The notes: generated by a model not told the origin, from the letters alone. DNA of 64,000 nucleotides from Anaerolineales bacterium (GCA_040882365.1 JBBEBI010000038.1:2678-66677); one strand, 5' to 3'. Numbered from the stretch's first letter, positions 51,455-62,720 are shown. Translations and numbers: made by a program.

Positions 51455-52537
51455 ATGCGATCTTACCTGGTTCGGCGCTTCCTCATGGCCATCCCGGTGA
51501 TACTTGGCATTTTGATAGTCACCTTTACCATCGCGCGCCTAATTCCTGGTGACCCGTGTCATTCCGCACTGGGAGAACATGCCACCGAGGCTGCTTGTGC
51601 ATCCTTTGCTGCTCGCATGGGCTTGGATAAACCCATCCTGGTCCAGCTGGGAATTTATATGGAGAACATCCTATTTCGTGGAGACTTCGGGGATTCGATC
51701 CGCTACAGTCGGCCAGTATCCACGTTGCTTATCGAGCGCCTGCCCGTCACCTTGGAGCTGGGCACAGCCGCAATACTGCTCGCCGTCTTGGTAGGCGTGC
51801 CGGCCGGCATTCTCTCCGCAGTGCGCCGGAATTCCGGGGTCGATGTGGCTACCATGATGGGAGCCAATATCGGGGTTTCGATGCCCGTATATTGGCTTGG
51901 CCTTATGCTTGCCTTTGTTTTTGCAGTCTATCTCAAAGACACTCCCTTTGCGCTGCCCCCATCTGGGCGCATGACAGCTGGCCTGCTCCCCGCCCCTTTT
52001 TACGAGGTGTGGGGATGGAACCTTGCAAGGGGTAGCTTTGCGTACTTGATCGCGGATTTTATTTCGAACTTCGCAGTCTTCAACTCCATTATTACTGCTC
52101 AATGGGAGGTGTTGAAAGATGCCCTGGCCCACTTGATCCTGCCCGCTGTTGCTCTCAGCACGATCCCGTTGGCGATTATTGCGCGCATTACGCGTTCCAG
52201 CATGCTGGAGGTATTGGGCCGTGAATATGTGCGCGCCGCTCGCGCCAAGGGCGTTGCTGAGCGCAACGTCGTGATGAAACACGCCTTCCGCAACGCGCTA
52301 TTACCGGTCGTAACAGTGATCGGGCTGCAAACCGGAACTTTGTTCGCCGGAGCCGTATTGACTGAGTCGATTTTTGGCTTTTCGGGTGTGGGTCGCGCCC
52401 TGTTTGACGCCATTACCGGCAGAGACTACCCGATTATCCAAGCCTTCACGGTGGTGATCGCCATAGGCTATGTGTTCATAAATCTGGTCGTGGACATTTC
52501 TTACGCTTTTCTTGATCCGCGCATCAAGCTGAGCTGA
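51455..52537 (+). CDS. dppB: Peptide ABC permease (DppB-like)
   Basis: IPGDP, GLDKP, GDFG.S, LILPA, ARAKG, HAFRNAL and RDYP motifs. Confidence 0.9.
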   Translation: MRSYLVRRFLMAIPVILGILIVTFTIARLIPGDPCHSALGEHATEAACASFAARMGLDKPILVQLGIYMENILFRGDFGDSIRYSRPVSTLLIERLPVTLELGTAAILLAVLVGVPAGILSAVRRNSGVDVATMMGANIGVSMPVYWLGLMLAFVFAVYLKDTPFALPPSGRMTAGLLPAPFYEVWGWNLARGSFAYLIADFISNFAVFNSIITAQWEVLKDALAHLILPAVALSTIPLAIIARITRSSMLEVLGREYVRAARAKGVAERNVVMKHAFRNALLPVVTVIGLQTGTLFAGAVLTESIFGFSGVGRALFDAITGRDYPIIQAFTVVIAIGYVFINLVVDISYAFLDPRIKLS

Positions 52538-52540
52538 CCA

Positions 52541-53494
52541 ATGTCGGCGCAAACTGACCTGATAACAGCAGATACTGGCGTTACGGCGCTTAACACCCGA
52601 AGCCTGGGGTCTCTTACTCTGCGGCGTTTGTTCAAACAGCGCAATGCGCTCCTCGGTATGGCCATCCTGCTTGCTCTGGTGATCGTTGCTGCCCTGGCCC
52701 CTTTGATTGCCCCTTACGATCCCGAACAGGTTCTGATTGGTATTGAGCCCGTCGAAAGGCGCGAGAATCCGTGCATTCATCTATTTGGATGCCCGGCCGA
52801 TAAACCGAAACACATCATGGGGATCGACGGTAATTTTCGCGACCAGTTTAGTCGCATAATTTATGGCACTCGGATTTCGCTTTTCATCGGTTTCACCACC
52901 ATCGGCCTTGCCGTCATTGTGGGCACAGCCATCGGGGCTTTTTCCGGCTATGTGGGTGGCTGGGCAGATAACCTCATCATGCGCCTGATGGATGTCATCC
53001 TTGCCTTTCCAAGCTTCTTGTTGGCTATTTTCATTATTACCGTGTTGGGTCGGGGTTTACAGAATGCTCTTTACGCCATCGCTGTCGTTAACATTCCGGT
53101 CTTCGCCCGCCTGGTACGCGCCAGTGTCCTCTCACTGAAAGAACAGGAGTTTGTGTCCGCTTCGCGGGCCCTGGGCGCTGGCCACTTCAGGCTCTTGTTT
53201 GTGCGGATTTTCCCCAATGCGACGCCGCCGCTCATTGTGCAATCTTCGTTGAGCATAGCGTCGGCTATCCTGGAAGCGGCCGCGCTTTCCTTCCTCGGCT
53301 TGGGGGCGCAACCGCCAACCCCGGAATGGGGCACCATGCTAGGCAGCGAGCGAAACCAGGTTTTCACATCCCCTCATTTGGTCTTCTTCCCTGGCATCGC
53401 CATCATGATTACAGTGCTAGCCTTCAATTTATTAGGCGATGGTTTGCGTGACGCCATGGACCCCCGCCTCGCGCAGATCTCCAACAAGAAATAG
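52541..53494 (+). CDS. dppC: Peptide ABC permease (DppC-like)
   Basis: RD.FSR..YG.R.SL, EFV.A.RALG, LSFLGLG..PP.PEWG and GDGLRDA.DP motifs. Confidence 0.9.
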   Translation: MSAQTDLITADTGVTALNTRSLGSLTLRRLFKQRNALLGMAILLALVIVAALAPLIAPYDPEQVLIGIEPVERRENPCIHLFGCPADKPKHIMGIDGNFRDQFSRIIYGTRISLFIGFTTIGLAVIVGTAIGAFSGYVGGWADNLIMRLMDVILAFPSFLLAIFIITVLGRGLQNALYAIAVVNIPVFARLVRASVLSLKEQEFVSASRALGAGHFRLLFVRIFPNATPPLIVQSSLSIASAILEAAALSFLGLGAQPPTPEWGTMLGSERNQVFTSPHLVFFPGIAIMITVLAFNLLGDGLRDAMDPRLAQISNKK

Positions 53495-53502
53495 CGCTGA
53501 CC

Positions 53503-54567
53503 ATGACATCCGTCGCACCCTACATCGCAAAACCAACAACAGGCAAGGCAAATAGCCCCGCGCAGCTCTTGGATGTTAAGGGACTTAAGACCTACTTTTT
53601 CACGGAGGATGGTGTCGTTACTGCCGTCGATGGGGTTAGCTTCTCTGTTTTTCCGGGCGAGATCTTTGGGCTAGTGGGGGAATCTGGGTGCGGAAAAAGT
53701 GTCACCTCGTTATCGATCATGCGCCTGGTGGATCCGCCTGGCGAAGTCGTGGAGGGCGAAGTGCTATTAGAAGGGGAAGACCTCCGCTTGAAGACAGCCA
53801 GCGGGATGACCAAGGTTCGCGGCCGGCAGATTTCGATGATTTTCCAACAACCCAAGAGCAGCTTGAATCCGGTGTTTCCAATTGGCGATCAAATCGTTGA
53901 AGTATTTGATATCCATGAAAACCTGGATAAGGAGCAAGCTTGGCAAAGGGCCGTGGATTTACTGCGAATGGTCGGCATTCCCGACCCGGAACGAAAGGCC
54001 AGTGCTTATCCTCATGAGCTCTCGGGCGGCCAGGCCCAACGCGTAATGATCGCCATGGCCCTGGCCCTCAAACCCAAGTTGATCATCGCCGACGAGCCTA
54101 CCACCGCGCTCGACGTCACCATTCAAGCCCAGATTCTGGATCTGCTTCGCAAGCTCAGCAGCCAAACAGGCACTTCCGTAATTCTCATTACTCACGATCT
54201 TGGGATTATCGCCGAAATGGCCGACCGCGTAGCAGTTATGTATGCAGGTCAAATAGTAGAGCAAACGGATACCAGGACCCTGTTCGCGAATCCATTGCAT
54301 CCTTATACGCAGGGTTTACATGCCTCCGTGCCGGTATTGGGGCAGGTTAAAGATCGCCTGGAAGTAATTCCTGGATCTGTGCCTAATCTAATTGGTGTTT
54401 CCGGGCATTGTCGCTTTGCTCCCCGTTGTAGGGCCCGCGAGCAATATGGGTTGAGCATCTGCTGGGATGTTGAGCCTTCATTGATTTCGGTTGACCCCGG
54501 CCATACCGTGCGTTGTTGGCTTTACGAGGATCACGAGGGACACAAACCCCCTCTGAAGAAGCGATAA
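53503..54567 (+). CDS. dppD: Peptide ABC ATP-binding protein (DppD-like)
   Basis: [28 protein letters not shown] and CRFAPRC motifs. Confidence 0.9.
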   Translation: MTSVAPYIAKPTTGKANSPAQLLDVKGLKTYFFTEDGVVTAVDGVSFSVFPGEIFGLVGESGCGKSVTSLSIMRLVDPPGEVVEGEVLLEGEDLRLKTASGMTKVRGRQISMIFQQPKSSLNPVFPIGDQIVEVFDIHENLDKEQAWQRAVDLLRMVGIPDPERKASAYPHELSGGQAQRVMIAMALALKPKLIIADEPTTALDVTIQAQILDLLRKLSSQTGTSVILITHDLGIIAEMADRVAVMYAGQIVEQTDTRTLFANPLHPYTQGLHASVPVLGQVKDRLEVIPGSVPNLIGVSGHCRFAPRCRAREQYGLSICWDVEPSLISVDPGHTVRCWLYEDHEGHKPPLKKR

Positions 54568-54571
54568 CCGT

Positions 54572-55582
54572 ATGAGTACTCCTCCCACAGAAAAGCAAAC
54601 ACCGCATGTGGAGCTGGTCGAGGTGCAAAACCTCGTCAAGTACTTTCCTGTATATGAAGGAGTCCTACGCCGCCATGTCGCTGATGTAAAGGCGGTCGAT
54701 GGCGTGACGTTCACCATCAGACAGGGAGAAACCCTAAGCCTGGTTGGGGAATCCGGTTGCGGGAAAACAACTGTCAGTCAGACCATGCTGCGCCTTGTGG
54801 AACCGACCTCAGGAGCAGTTCATTTCCGCGGCAAAAATATTTTCGAGGCCACGGGCAAAGAACTGAAGAAACTACGGCGTAAGATCCAGATCGTTTTCCA
54901 GGATCCCTATGCTTCGCTGGATCCACGACTGCCGGTCGGTGCCGCCATCGGCGAAGGGCTGGCCATCCATCGCATCGGCAACTCTAAGGAGCGTTTCGAA
55001 AAAGTCTTGCGCGTTATGCAACTTGTCGGACTGGAAGATTATCACGCGACTCGCTACCCCCACGAATTTTCCGGCGGCCAAAGGCAACGTATCGGCATTG
55101 CGCGGGCCCTGGTCCTCGATCCTGAATTCCTTATTTTGGACGAGCCTGTTTCCGCGCTCGACGTCTCTATTCAAGCCCAGGTTTTGAACATTTTGAAAGA
55201 TTTGCAGGACCGTTTAGGTCTGACGTATATGTTCGTGGCTCACAACCTGGCGGTCGTCGAGCACATCTCCGATCGCGTAGCTGTCATGTACTTAGGCAAA
55301 ATCGCAGAACTTGCCACACGGGATGATTTGTTCAATAAGCCCCTGCATCCCTATACGCAGGCACTCATGTCGGCCATCCCCATCCCTGACCCGAATCGTA
55401 CGCGCAATCGGACCATCCTGACCGGGGACGTTCCCAGCCCGCTGAACCCGCCCTCCGGGTGCCGTTTCCACCCACGCTGCCCTATCGCCCGGTTGGCGCA
55501 TTGTTCGGTGGAGGAGCCGCAATTACGCGAACTGCGGCCTGATCACTGGGTTGCCTGCCACTACGCAGGAGATTTCCTTTAG
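54572..55582 (+). CDS. dppF: Peptide ABC ATP-binding protein (DppF-like)
   Basis: [28 protein letters not shown] and [10 protein letters not shown] motifs. Confidence 0.9.
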   Translation: MSTPPTEKQTPHVELVEVQNLVKYFPVYEGVLRRHVADVKAVDGVTFTIRQGETLSLVGESGCGKTTVSQTMLRLVEPTSGAVHFRGKNIFEATGKELKKLRRKIQIVFQDPYASLDPRLPVGAAIGEGLAIHRIGNSKERFEKVLRVMQLVGLEDYHATRYPHEFSGGQRQRIGIARALVLDPEFLILDEPVSALDVSIQAQVLNILKDLQDRLGLTYMFVAHNLAVVEHISDRVAVMYLGKIAELATRDDLFNKPLHPYTQALMSAIPIPDPNRTRNRTILTGDVPSPLNPPSGCRFHPRCPIARLAHCSVEEPQLRELRPDHWVACHYAGDFL

Positions 55583-55750
55583 AATTTTGCTTTGCCCGGG
55601 CCAGCGGTAAGAATCTAACCCGCTGAAAATGATGCCGTCTTGCGATCACCGCTCGGCGGATTTTCCGCGCGGTGCTATATTTCTGGATACACTAGCAAAC
55701 TATCCCAATTAGCATAGATAGCTTTAGAATAACAATATTCGTCATCCCTT

Positions 55751-57385
55751 ATGAACTTTGAAGCCGATCTTACTTTCACTTCGCGCCGCTCCCCTATTGT
55801 TGGCCAGCGTGGAATGGTGGCTGCCAGCCAACCCTTGGCCGTGGCCGCCGGCCTGGAGATCCTGCGTTCAGGCGGCAATGCTGCCGATGCTGCGGTCGCC
55901 ACGGCCGCTGCCCTGAATGTGACCGAGCCCACCAGCACCGGCCTTGGCGGCGATTGCTTTGCCCTTTTTTATGATGCCGCGTCCAAAAAGGTGACAGCGC
56001 TGAATGGTTCGGGGCGCTCACCTGCTGGCCTCGATCTCGATCTGCTAAAGAAACAGGGTTTTGATCGTGAGTTGCCCCCTTATCATGCCCATACCGTCAC
56101 CGTGCCCGGCGCCGCGGCCGGGTGGTGCGACTTGATAGAAAAGCATGGGCGGATGACTCTGGATCAGATCCTGGCGCCGGCCATCCGGCTGGCGGAAGAG
56201 GGGTTCCCCGTTGCGCCGATCACCAGTTATTTTTGGGCGCGCGGAGCGGCCAATCAGCTTAGCAAGGCTGCAAATGGAGTGGAGCTCACGCTGGATGGCC
56301 GCGCCCCGAAGCCCGGAGAGATCTTTCGCAACCCCGGTCTGGCGCGCACACTGAAAACGCTTGCCAAAGGCGGCAAGCGGGCTTTCTATCAGGGGGAAAT
56401 CGGGCAGGCCATAGCTGAGGCGGTGAGGCAGTCGGATGGCGTCCTGGCCATCGAAGATCTGGCCGCCCATGAAAGCACCTGGGATAAGCCCATCAGTACG
56501 ATCTATAGAGGTTTTCGGCTCTGGGAATGCCCGCCCAATGGGCAAGGCTTGGCCGCCTTGCTGGCCCTTAATATCCTCGAAGGGTTTGACCTTGGCCAAT
56601 TGGAGCCACTTGGGCCGGAGAGGCTGCACCTCATGATCGAGGCCATGCGCCTCGCCTTTGCGGATACGCGCTGGTTCGTGGCCGATCCGCAAACGGACCC
56701 CGCGCCCCTGGAAGACCTGCTCTCCAAGGATTACGCAAAAAAGCAGCGAACCCTAATTGACCGAGGCCAAGCCAACCTCCGATTTGAGCATGGCCTTATC
56801 GGGCGTTCAAGCGATACTGTTTACTTTAGTGTGGTGGACGGCGAGGGGTCTGCCTGTTCTTTCATCAATAGCAACTATTATGGTTTTGGAACCGGCCTTG
56901 TTCCTAAGGGTTGGGGCTTCACTTTGCAGAACCGCGGCTATGGCTTCAGCCTCGATCCCAATCACCCTAATGCCCTTGGGCCGCGGAAACGACCCTACCA
57001 CACCATTATCCCGGCCCTGCTCACCCATGCCGATAACAACGCCCTGTTTGCCTGCTTTGGCGTGATGGGCGGCTTTATGCAGCCGCAGGGCCACATGCAG
57101 GTGGCCATCGCCTTAATCGACGATGGCCTCGATCCGCAAGCTGCCTTGGATCGGCCACGTTTTTGTATCGAGGATGGCACGGCTGGCGGAACCGTAGCGA
57201 TCGAGGAGGGTATTCCCGCCGAGACGTTGGCTGCTCTTGCGGCCTTCGGGCAGCCGGGGCGGCAGGTCTCGGGGATGGAACGAGCCCTCTTTGGTCGCGG
57301 CCAGGTGATCCTACGCGACCGCGCATCAGGGGTCTTGTGGGCCGGCAGTGATCCCCGCGCCGATGGTTTGGCGATGGCTTTATAA
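55751..57385 (+). CDS. ggt: Gamma-glutamyltransferase-family Ntn hydrolase (YwrD-like, no signal peptide)
   Basis: GGNAADAA, GLGGD, TVPG, nucleophile DTVY, LQNRG, KRPYHT, GVMGG.MQPQG and SDPR.DG motifs. Confidence 0.9.
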   Translation: MNFEADLTFTSRRSPIVGQRGMVAASQPLAVAAGLEILRSGGNAADAAVATAAALNVTEPTSTGLGGDCFALFYDAASKKVTALNGSGRSPAGLDLDLLKKQGFDRELPPYHAHTVTVPGAAAGWCDLIEKHGRMTLDQILAPAIRLAEEGFPVAPITSYFWARGAANQLSKAANGVELTLDGRAPKPGEIFRNPGLARTLKTLAKGGKRAFYQGEIGQAIAEAVRQSDGVLAIEDLAAHESTWDKPISTIYRGFRLWECPPNGQGLAALLALNILEGFDLGQLEPLGPERLHLMIEAMRLAFADTRWFVADPQTDPAPLEDLLSKDYAKKQRTLIDRGQANLRFEHGLIGRSSDTVYFSVVDGEGSACSFINSNYYGFGTGLVPKGWGFTLQNRGYGFSLDPNHPNALGPRKRPYHTIIPALLTHADNNALFACFGVMGGFMQPQGHMQVAIALIDDGLDPQAALDRPRFCIEDGTAGGTVAIEEGIPAETLAALAAFGQPGRQVSGMERALFGRGQVILRDRASGVLWAGSDPRADGLAMAL

Positions 57386-57391
57386 CTGAAC

Positions 57392-58330
57392 ATGTTCAAT
57401 GTGATCGAATCCATTTTTCCTGTTTTTGCCATGGCGGGCCTGGGTTACGCCGCGGCGCTTATGGGGATTCTGCGCGCCAAAGACGTAGATGGCCTCTCTC
57501 GATTTGTGTTTTCGCTGGCTTTGCCGCTCTTGCTCTTCGATTCGCTGGCCAACTCGGTCTGGCCCGGTTCCTTCGATTGGGCATTTTTGTTCGCTTTTTA
57601 TAGCGTTTCGTATTTAATATTTGGCTTGGGCATCCTGGTGGGTCGCATCTGGTTTGGCTTACAACCCGCCGAGCAGGCTATCTTCGGTTTGGGGGCAAGT
57701 TATTCAAATCTCGTTCTGGTCGGCTTGCCCATTATCAGCACCGGCCTGGGCGAGCTGGCGGTTTTGCCACTGCTCGCCCTGGTTTCTGTGCAGAACTTGT
57801 TGTTGTTCCCGTTGGTCGCCTTGGTCGCCCATCCCCGCGATGCAGGCGATAAATTGCTGGTTCGATTGTGGAAATCTGCCAAAGGTGTGGCTGCCAATCC
57901 GTTATTGATCGGCCTGGCTGCTGGTTTCATCGCTCGGGTTTTTTCCATCCATTTACCACAACTAATAGGTGATCCAATTCATTTGGTCGGCCAGGCCGGC
58001 CTTCCCTGCGCCTTGATCGTATTGGGCGCTTCTTTCCATAGATATGAAATTGGCCGCCCAACCCGTGCGGCATTCACCATGGTGGGGTTCAAAATGCTGC
58101 TGCAACCCATGCTGGTTTGGCTGCTCGCGTTTTGGGTCCTGCAATTGGATCCCTTGTGGGGAGCCGTCGCCGTCATGGCTGCCGCCATGCCCACCGGCAT
58201 CAACGCTTACGTGCTGGCAGAGCAAATGGGAGCAGGCCAGAAGACGGTGGCCGCATCCGTTTGGATGTCCTCGCTCCTGGCGGTGCTGATCCAAACAGGT
58301 TTACTGGCGCTTTTTATCGATAAAGTGTGA
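57392..58330 (+). CDS. AEC-family transporter
   Basis: About 10 TM helices; LP.LLF, SN....GLP, NP, P.AL..LG, K....P and AMP motifs. Confidence 0.9.
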   Translation: MFNVIESIFPVFAMAGLGYAAALMGILRAKDVDGLSRFVFSLALPLLLFDSLANSVWPGSFDWAFLFAFYSVSYLIFGLGILVGRIWFGLQPAEQAIFGLGASYSNLVLVGLPIISTGLGELAVLPLLALVSVQNLLLFPLVALVAHPRDAGDKLLVRLWKSAKGVAANPLLIGLAAGFIARVFSIHLPQLIGDPIHLVGQAGLPCALIVLGASFHRYEIGRPTRAAFTMVGFKMLLQPMLVWLLAFWVLQLDPLWGAVAVMAAAMPTGINAYVLAEQMGAGQKTVAASVWMSSLLAVLIQTGLLALFIDKV

Positions 58331-58334
58331 ACCT

Positions 58335-59318
58335 ATGTCAAGTCGTGAATCGCAATCAGCGATAGCTCATCCGAATATAGCGTTCATCAAGTATTGGGGG
58401 AATCGGGATGAACGATTGCGCTTGCCAGCCAATGGCTCGCTCTCAATGAATCTGGACAGTTTACATACAAGAACCACGGTCAGATTTGACGCAACTCTCC
58501 AACAGGATCGCTTGGTGTTGAACGGCCAAGAACTGGCACCTCCTCGAAATCAACGAGTATCCACGTTTTTGGATCTCGTCCGCGGCGTGGCCGGGATCAA
58601 GGAACGGGCTGAGGTGGTCAGCGAGAATAATTTTCCCAGCAGCGCCGGGATTGCTTCTTCCTCTTCGGCCTTCGCCGCGCTGGCTTTGGCAGCCGGCGCG
58701 GCCGCCGGGCTTGATCTCGATGAGAAAGCTCTTTCTCGGCTGGCGCGCCGCGGCTCCGGTTCCGCCAGCCGCTCAGTGCCGGGCGGTTTCGTGGAATGGC
58801 GGGCGGCCGATCGTGATGAGGATTCTTCTGCCGTTTCCGTCGCTCCTGCCGGGCATTGGGCGTTGTCCGATTGCATTGCCATCCTCAGCGAGGAACCCAA
58901 GGCTACCGGCTCTAGCCAGGGGCACCGATTGGCTGAAACCTCGCCCCTGCAATCCGCTCGCCTTGCAGGGGCGCCTAAACGCCTTGAGACTTGCCGCCGG
59001 GCCATCTTGGAACGAGATTTCTCCGCCTTGGCCGAAGCCGCCGAGCTGGACTGCCATCTCATGCATGCAGTGATGATGACCTCCCAGCCCGCGTTGCATT
59101 ATTGGCTGGCGGGCAGCGTGGCTGTGATGAACGAGGTACGCGCCTGGCGCGCCGCCGGCGTGCCTGTTTTCTACACGCTGGATGCCGGCCCCAACGTGCA
59201 TGTTTTCTGCCCTGAAACCGAGGCCGAAAAGGTGGCAGGATACCTGCAAGAGATTCCTGGAGTTCAGCGTGTGCTTCGTTCCGGGCCGGGAGGTCCTGCG
59301 CACCTTATTAAGGGATGA
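58335..59318 (+). CDS. mvaD: Mevalonate (di)phosphate decarboxylase (GHMP superfamily)
   Basis: NIAFIKYWG, N.SLS, NNFP..AGIASS, R.GSGSA.RS and TLDAGPN motifs. Confidence 0.92.
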   Translation: MSSRESQSAIAHPNIAFIKYWGNRDERLRLPANGSLSMNLDSLHTRTTVRFDATLQQDRLVLNGQELAPPRNQRVSTFLDLVRGVAGIKERAEVVSENNFPSSAGIASSSSAFAALALAAGAAAGLDLDEKALSRLARRGSGSASRSVPGGFVEWRAADRDEDSSAVSVAPAGHWALSDCIAILSEEPKATGSSQGHRLAETSPLQSARLAGAPKRLETCRRAILERDFSALAEAAELDCHLMHAVMMTSQPALHYWLAGSVAVMNEVRAWRAAGVPVFYTLDAGPNVHVFCPETEAEKVAGYLQEIPGVQRVLRSGPGGPAHLIKG

Positions 59319-59393
59319 TATTTCTCTTAGCTGGGACTTAGCAACCCCGCGGATTGCCCAGAGTCCCAGGCGATATAATCGGCTTCGTTAACT

Positions 59394-60449
59394 ATGGAAT
59401 TGATTCTTTTCATCGTTGCCATTGCCTTCCTCATTATCGTGCACGAACTTGGCCACTTCCTGGCGGCCAAAGTTTCGCGCATCAAAGTGCAGGAATTCGG
59501 CATCGGATTTCCGCCCAGGGTAGCCCGTTTATTCAGATGGGGGGAAACGGATTTCACCTTGAATGCCATTCCGCTGGGCGGGTTCGTTCGCCCCGCAGGC
59601 GAAAATGATCCCACCGTGGCCGGCGGTCTGGCCCATGCCAATCCCTGGACGCGGATCTTTGTCCTGCTGGCCGGCCCTGCGATGAATATTCTCTTTGCTT
59701 TCTTGCTTTCTTCCTTCATATTCTTCCAGATCGGCAAGCCAGACCTAACCACGGTTCAGGTCATGCAGGTCGCAGAAGGTTCTCCGGCCTCGATCGCTGG
59801 TTTGGAATCGGGCGACATTATCGTGCAGATCAACGATGAGGAAATCAACAGCGCTGAGGAGTTGCATGACGAGATCTATGCACACCTCGGGGATCTGATC
59901 GAACTTACTTACCTTCGTGACGGTGAAAGCTTCACAATAGGCCTGACTCCGCGCGATCCGCCCCCGGCTGACGAAGGCGCCATTGGAGTCACTCTGGGCC
60001 CTGCCCGCTTGCCTATCAGCGGCTTTGAGGCCCTTTCCGTCGGGTGGCAGGCCATTGGCGAGCAGGCCAACGCGCTTATTCAGCTTCCGGGCCGCTTGAT
60101 CAGTGGGCAGGCCTCACCTGACGAAGGCAGGCTGGTCGGCTACAAGGGCATGTACGACATCTATACAGAGGTCCGTGGAGTTGATGCTGCGGAGAGTAAT
60201 TTACCGCCCGGCATTAATACCATGTATTTCTTTGCCTCGATTTCGATGTCTCTCGGAATCCTTAATCTCCTGCCCGTCCCAGCCTTGGATGGTGGCCGAA
60301 TCTTGTTCACCTTACCCGAAATCATTTTTCGTAGGCGCATCCCTGCGGCCTATGAAAATATGGTCAATTTGATGGGCTTGGCTTTGCTGTTGCTCTTGAT
60401 CGTCTACATCAATATCCAGGATTTCATCAATCCCATTCTCGTCCCTTGA
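59394..60449 (+). CDS. rseP: RseP-like site-2 intramembrane metalloprotease (M50) with PDZ domain
   Basis: HELGH, IPLGGFV, AGP..N, PDZ domain and NLLPVPALDGG motifs. Confidence 0.94.
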   Translation: MELILFIVAIAFLIIVHELGHFLAAKVSRIKVQEFGIGFPPRVARLFRWGETDFTLNAIPLGGFVRPAGENDPTVAGGLAHANPWTRIFVLLAGPAMNILFAFLLSSFIFFQIGKPDLTTVQVMQVAEGSPASIAGLESGDIIVQINDEEINSAEELHDEIYAHLGDLIELTYLRDGESFTIGLTPRDPPPADEGAIGVTLGPARLPISGFEALSVGWQAIGEQANALIQLPGRLISGQASPDEGRLVGYKGMYDIYTEVRGVDAAESNLPPGINTMYFFASISMSLGILNLLPVPALDGGRILFTLPEIIFRRRIPAAYENMVNLMGLALLLLLIVYINIQDFINPILVP

Positions 60450-60450
60450 A

Positions 60451-61479
60451 ATGGATAGCGATCAGGGTTCAACCCAGTCTGAAATCTCCTTCGACGAAGT
60501 GATCGCGGCCCTTCGCGATGAAGAGCATCCCTTTCCCGCCCGCTACCTGTACCGTCTTTCTGGATTAGAGGGAGAGGAACTTGGGCTGGTAAGCCGGCTT
60601 TGGTTCACTCTCCCCACACAAAGGCGCCTCGGGCTTTTGGAGGATATGGAGACTCTTGCCGAAAGCAATGCCCTTATACACTTCGATGCCATCAACCGCA
60701 TCGCCCTCAGCGACGAGGATGCCCGCGTACGGGTTACCGCCGTGCGCGCCCTTTGGCTTTCGGAAGATGCCGGCTTAACGCCCCGCTTGCTGGAGATCCT
60801 AGATGGCGATGAGAGCACCGAGGTCCGCGCCCAGGCTACCGCAGCCCTGGGACGCTTTGTATACTTGGGGGAGCTCGGCAAGATCCCCGAATTGGTGTTT
60901 AGATCAATTGAAGAGCGCCTTCTCAAGATCGTGGGAAAAGACGAAGAACCTTTAGTACAGAGACGGGCCTTGGAATCGCTAGGCTATTCAAGCCTCCCCG
61001 AAATTGCCGACCTGATTGAGCAGGCCTATGAACGCGACGATGATGAGTGGGTGGCCAGCGCCCTGTTTGCCATGGGGCGCTCGGCGGACGATCGTTGGGG
61101 GCCGCTGGTGATCGAACGCTTGAAGGATCCCAACGCCGAACTGAGCCGCGAGGCGGCCCGCTCCGCCGGCGAACTGGAGTTGAATGAAGCCGTACCGCCT
61201 CTGTTGGATCTCCTGCATGAAGAAGATTCGGAGCTGCGCCTGGCCGCCGCCTGGTCCCTCTCCCAGATTGGCGGCAGCGACGTGGAGGATGCCCTCGAGG
61301 AGTTGTTGGAACGCACCGAGGACGAAGACGAGATTGACTTGATCGAAGACGCTCTCGAAAACCTGGCCTTCACTCACGAAATGGCCGAAATGAACATCCT
61401 GGATTTCTCTCCGGAGGACTTGGAGGATTTTGCCAACCCTCAGCCTCCCGATCCCGATGAGGATCCGGCCGCGGAATAG
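60451..61479 (+). CDS. HEAT/PBS-lyase repeat protein
   Basis: Repeated D....VR..A..AL units; very acidic. Confidence 0.85.
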   Translation: MDSDQGSTQSEISFDEVIAALRDEEHPFPARYLYRLSGLEGEELGLVSRLWFTLPTQRRLGLLEDMETLAESNALIHFDAINRIALSDEDARVRVTAVRALWLSEDAGLTPRLLEILDGDESTEVRAQATAALGRFVYLGELGKIPELVFRSIEERLLKIVGKDEEPLVQRRALESLGYSSLPEIADLIEQAYERDDDEWVASALFAMGRSADDRWGPLVIERLKDPNAELSREAARSAGELELNEAVPPLLDLLHEEDSELRLAAAWSLSQIGGSDVEDALEELLERTEDEDEIDLIEDALENLAFTHEMAEMNILDFSPEDLEDFANPQPPDPDEDPAAE

Positions 61480-61522
61480 CAACTGCCCTTTCGTTCCTTC
61501 GAAAGATCATGGCTGGTTTAAA

Positions 61523-62719
61523 GTGAAAGCTTCAATTCGTTTCGCACTTCTCCTGGCATTCTTGTTCCTGGGGAGCGCAAACAGCGCCTCGGCTCAAAGT
61601 CCTGTAGAAATAGTCGACCAACAGGTGGAATACCTATTTAACGAGCGGCTGCACTTCACCGTGCACTTTCAGAGTTCCGAAAACCTTCAAGAAGGCTTTG
61701 TTTTCTATCAATTTGAGGGGAGTGAGCGCAATTGGGTCTATGAAGGCGACCTGGGTGAGGACCAAACGCTCGATATTCTAGTGGGGTTGGTGGCGGAAAA
61801 CAGCCCGCCTCCATTCACCGAAATTGAATATTGGTATCGCTTCGCCACTGACCACGGAGACATATACGAAAGCCCGCATTACATCTTGCACTATGATGAC
61901 AACCGATACGCATGGCAGAGCTTGGAAAGTGCGCCTTATATTCTCTATTGGCATAGCGGTGATGCCGCCTTCGCAGAATCCGTATTAGCCGCAGCTCGCT
62001 CGGGGGCCTCCCGCACCCAACAGCTTCTATCCCTCCCCGATCTTGACTCTGCGGTGCTGCGCATCTATAGCGATGCGCAAGACGTGCAACTGATTTCCCA
62101 ACAGGCTGGGTTCAATTGGCAGGCCGGGCACACGGATCCGGACGCCGGGGTCATCCTGCTCTCCTTGGCCCCGGGGCAAAGCCTGGAAATCCAGAGGCAG
62201 GTGCCGCACGAGATCGCTCACCTCATGCTCTACAATTCCCTGGGAGCCGAGGTATATAGCCATCTGCCCACTTGGCTTAATGAGGGCATCGCTTCGTACG
62301 CTGAAGTCTATTCAGACCCGGTGCAAGGGGAATACTTGGAACTGGCTAATGCCGGCGATACGCTGATCCCCTTCTTCTCCCTTTGCAACTCGTTTCCGCA
62401 GGATAGCGCCAGCGCACGTTTGGCCTACGCGCAATCGGCCTCCTTCGTTCGTTTTCTATTCAACACTTACAAAGCCGCGGGGTTCAGTTTGTTCGTGGAT
62501 GCTTATGCTAAAACCGATGATTGCATCAATGCCCCGTTCGAGGCTTTCGGAAAGGATCTCATCGCCCTGGATGCCGAATGGCGCGCGGCCACTTTTGTCC
62601 CGCAGGGCGACGCGCCCGATTGGTTGGTTGCCCTTCCCTGGATGCCAATTTTGAGTTCGGCCGCTGTCGCTTTGGGTCTCTTCCTTTTACTCCGCTTTGT
62701 GGCCTCGCGGAGGAGTTAG
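61523..62719 (+). CDS. Secreted, C-terminally anchored gluzincin metallopeptidase (peptidase MA-like)
   Basis: Signal peptide ending ASAQ; HEIAH...WLNEG.A.Y, LAYAQS and C-terminal TM motifs; start estimated. Confidence 0.85.
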   Translation: MKASIRFALLLAFLFLGSANSASAQSPVEIVDQQVEYLFNERLHFTVHFQSSENLQEGFVFYQFEGSERNWVYEGDLGEDQTLDILVGLVAENSPPPFTEIEYWYRFATDHGDIYESPHYILHYDDNRYAWQSLESAPYILYWHSGDAAFAESVLAAARSGASRTQQLLSLPDLDSAVLRIYSDAQDVQLISQQAGFNWQAGHTDPDAGVILLSLAPGQSLEIQRQVPHEIAHLMLYNSLGAEVYSHLPTWLNEGIASYAEVYSDPVQGEYLELANAGDTLIPFFSLCNSFPQDSASARLAYAQSASFVRFLFNTYKAAGFSLFVDAYAKTDDCINAPFEAFGKDLIALDAEWRAATFVPQGDAPDWLVALPWMPILSSAAVALGLFLLLRFVASRRS

Positions 62720-62720
62720 C

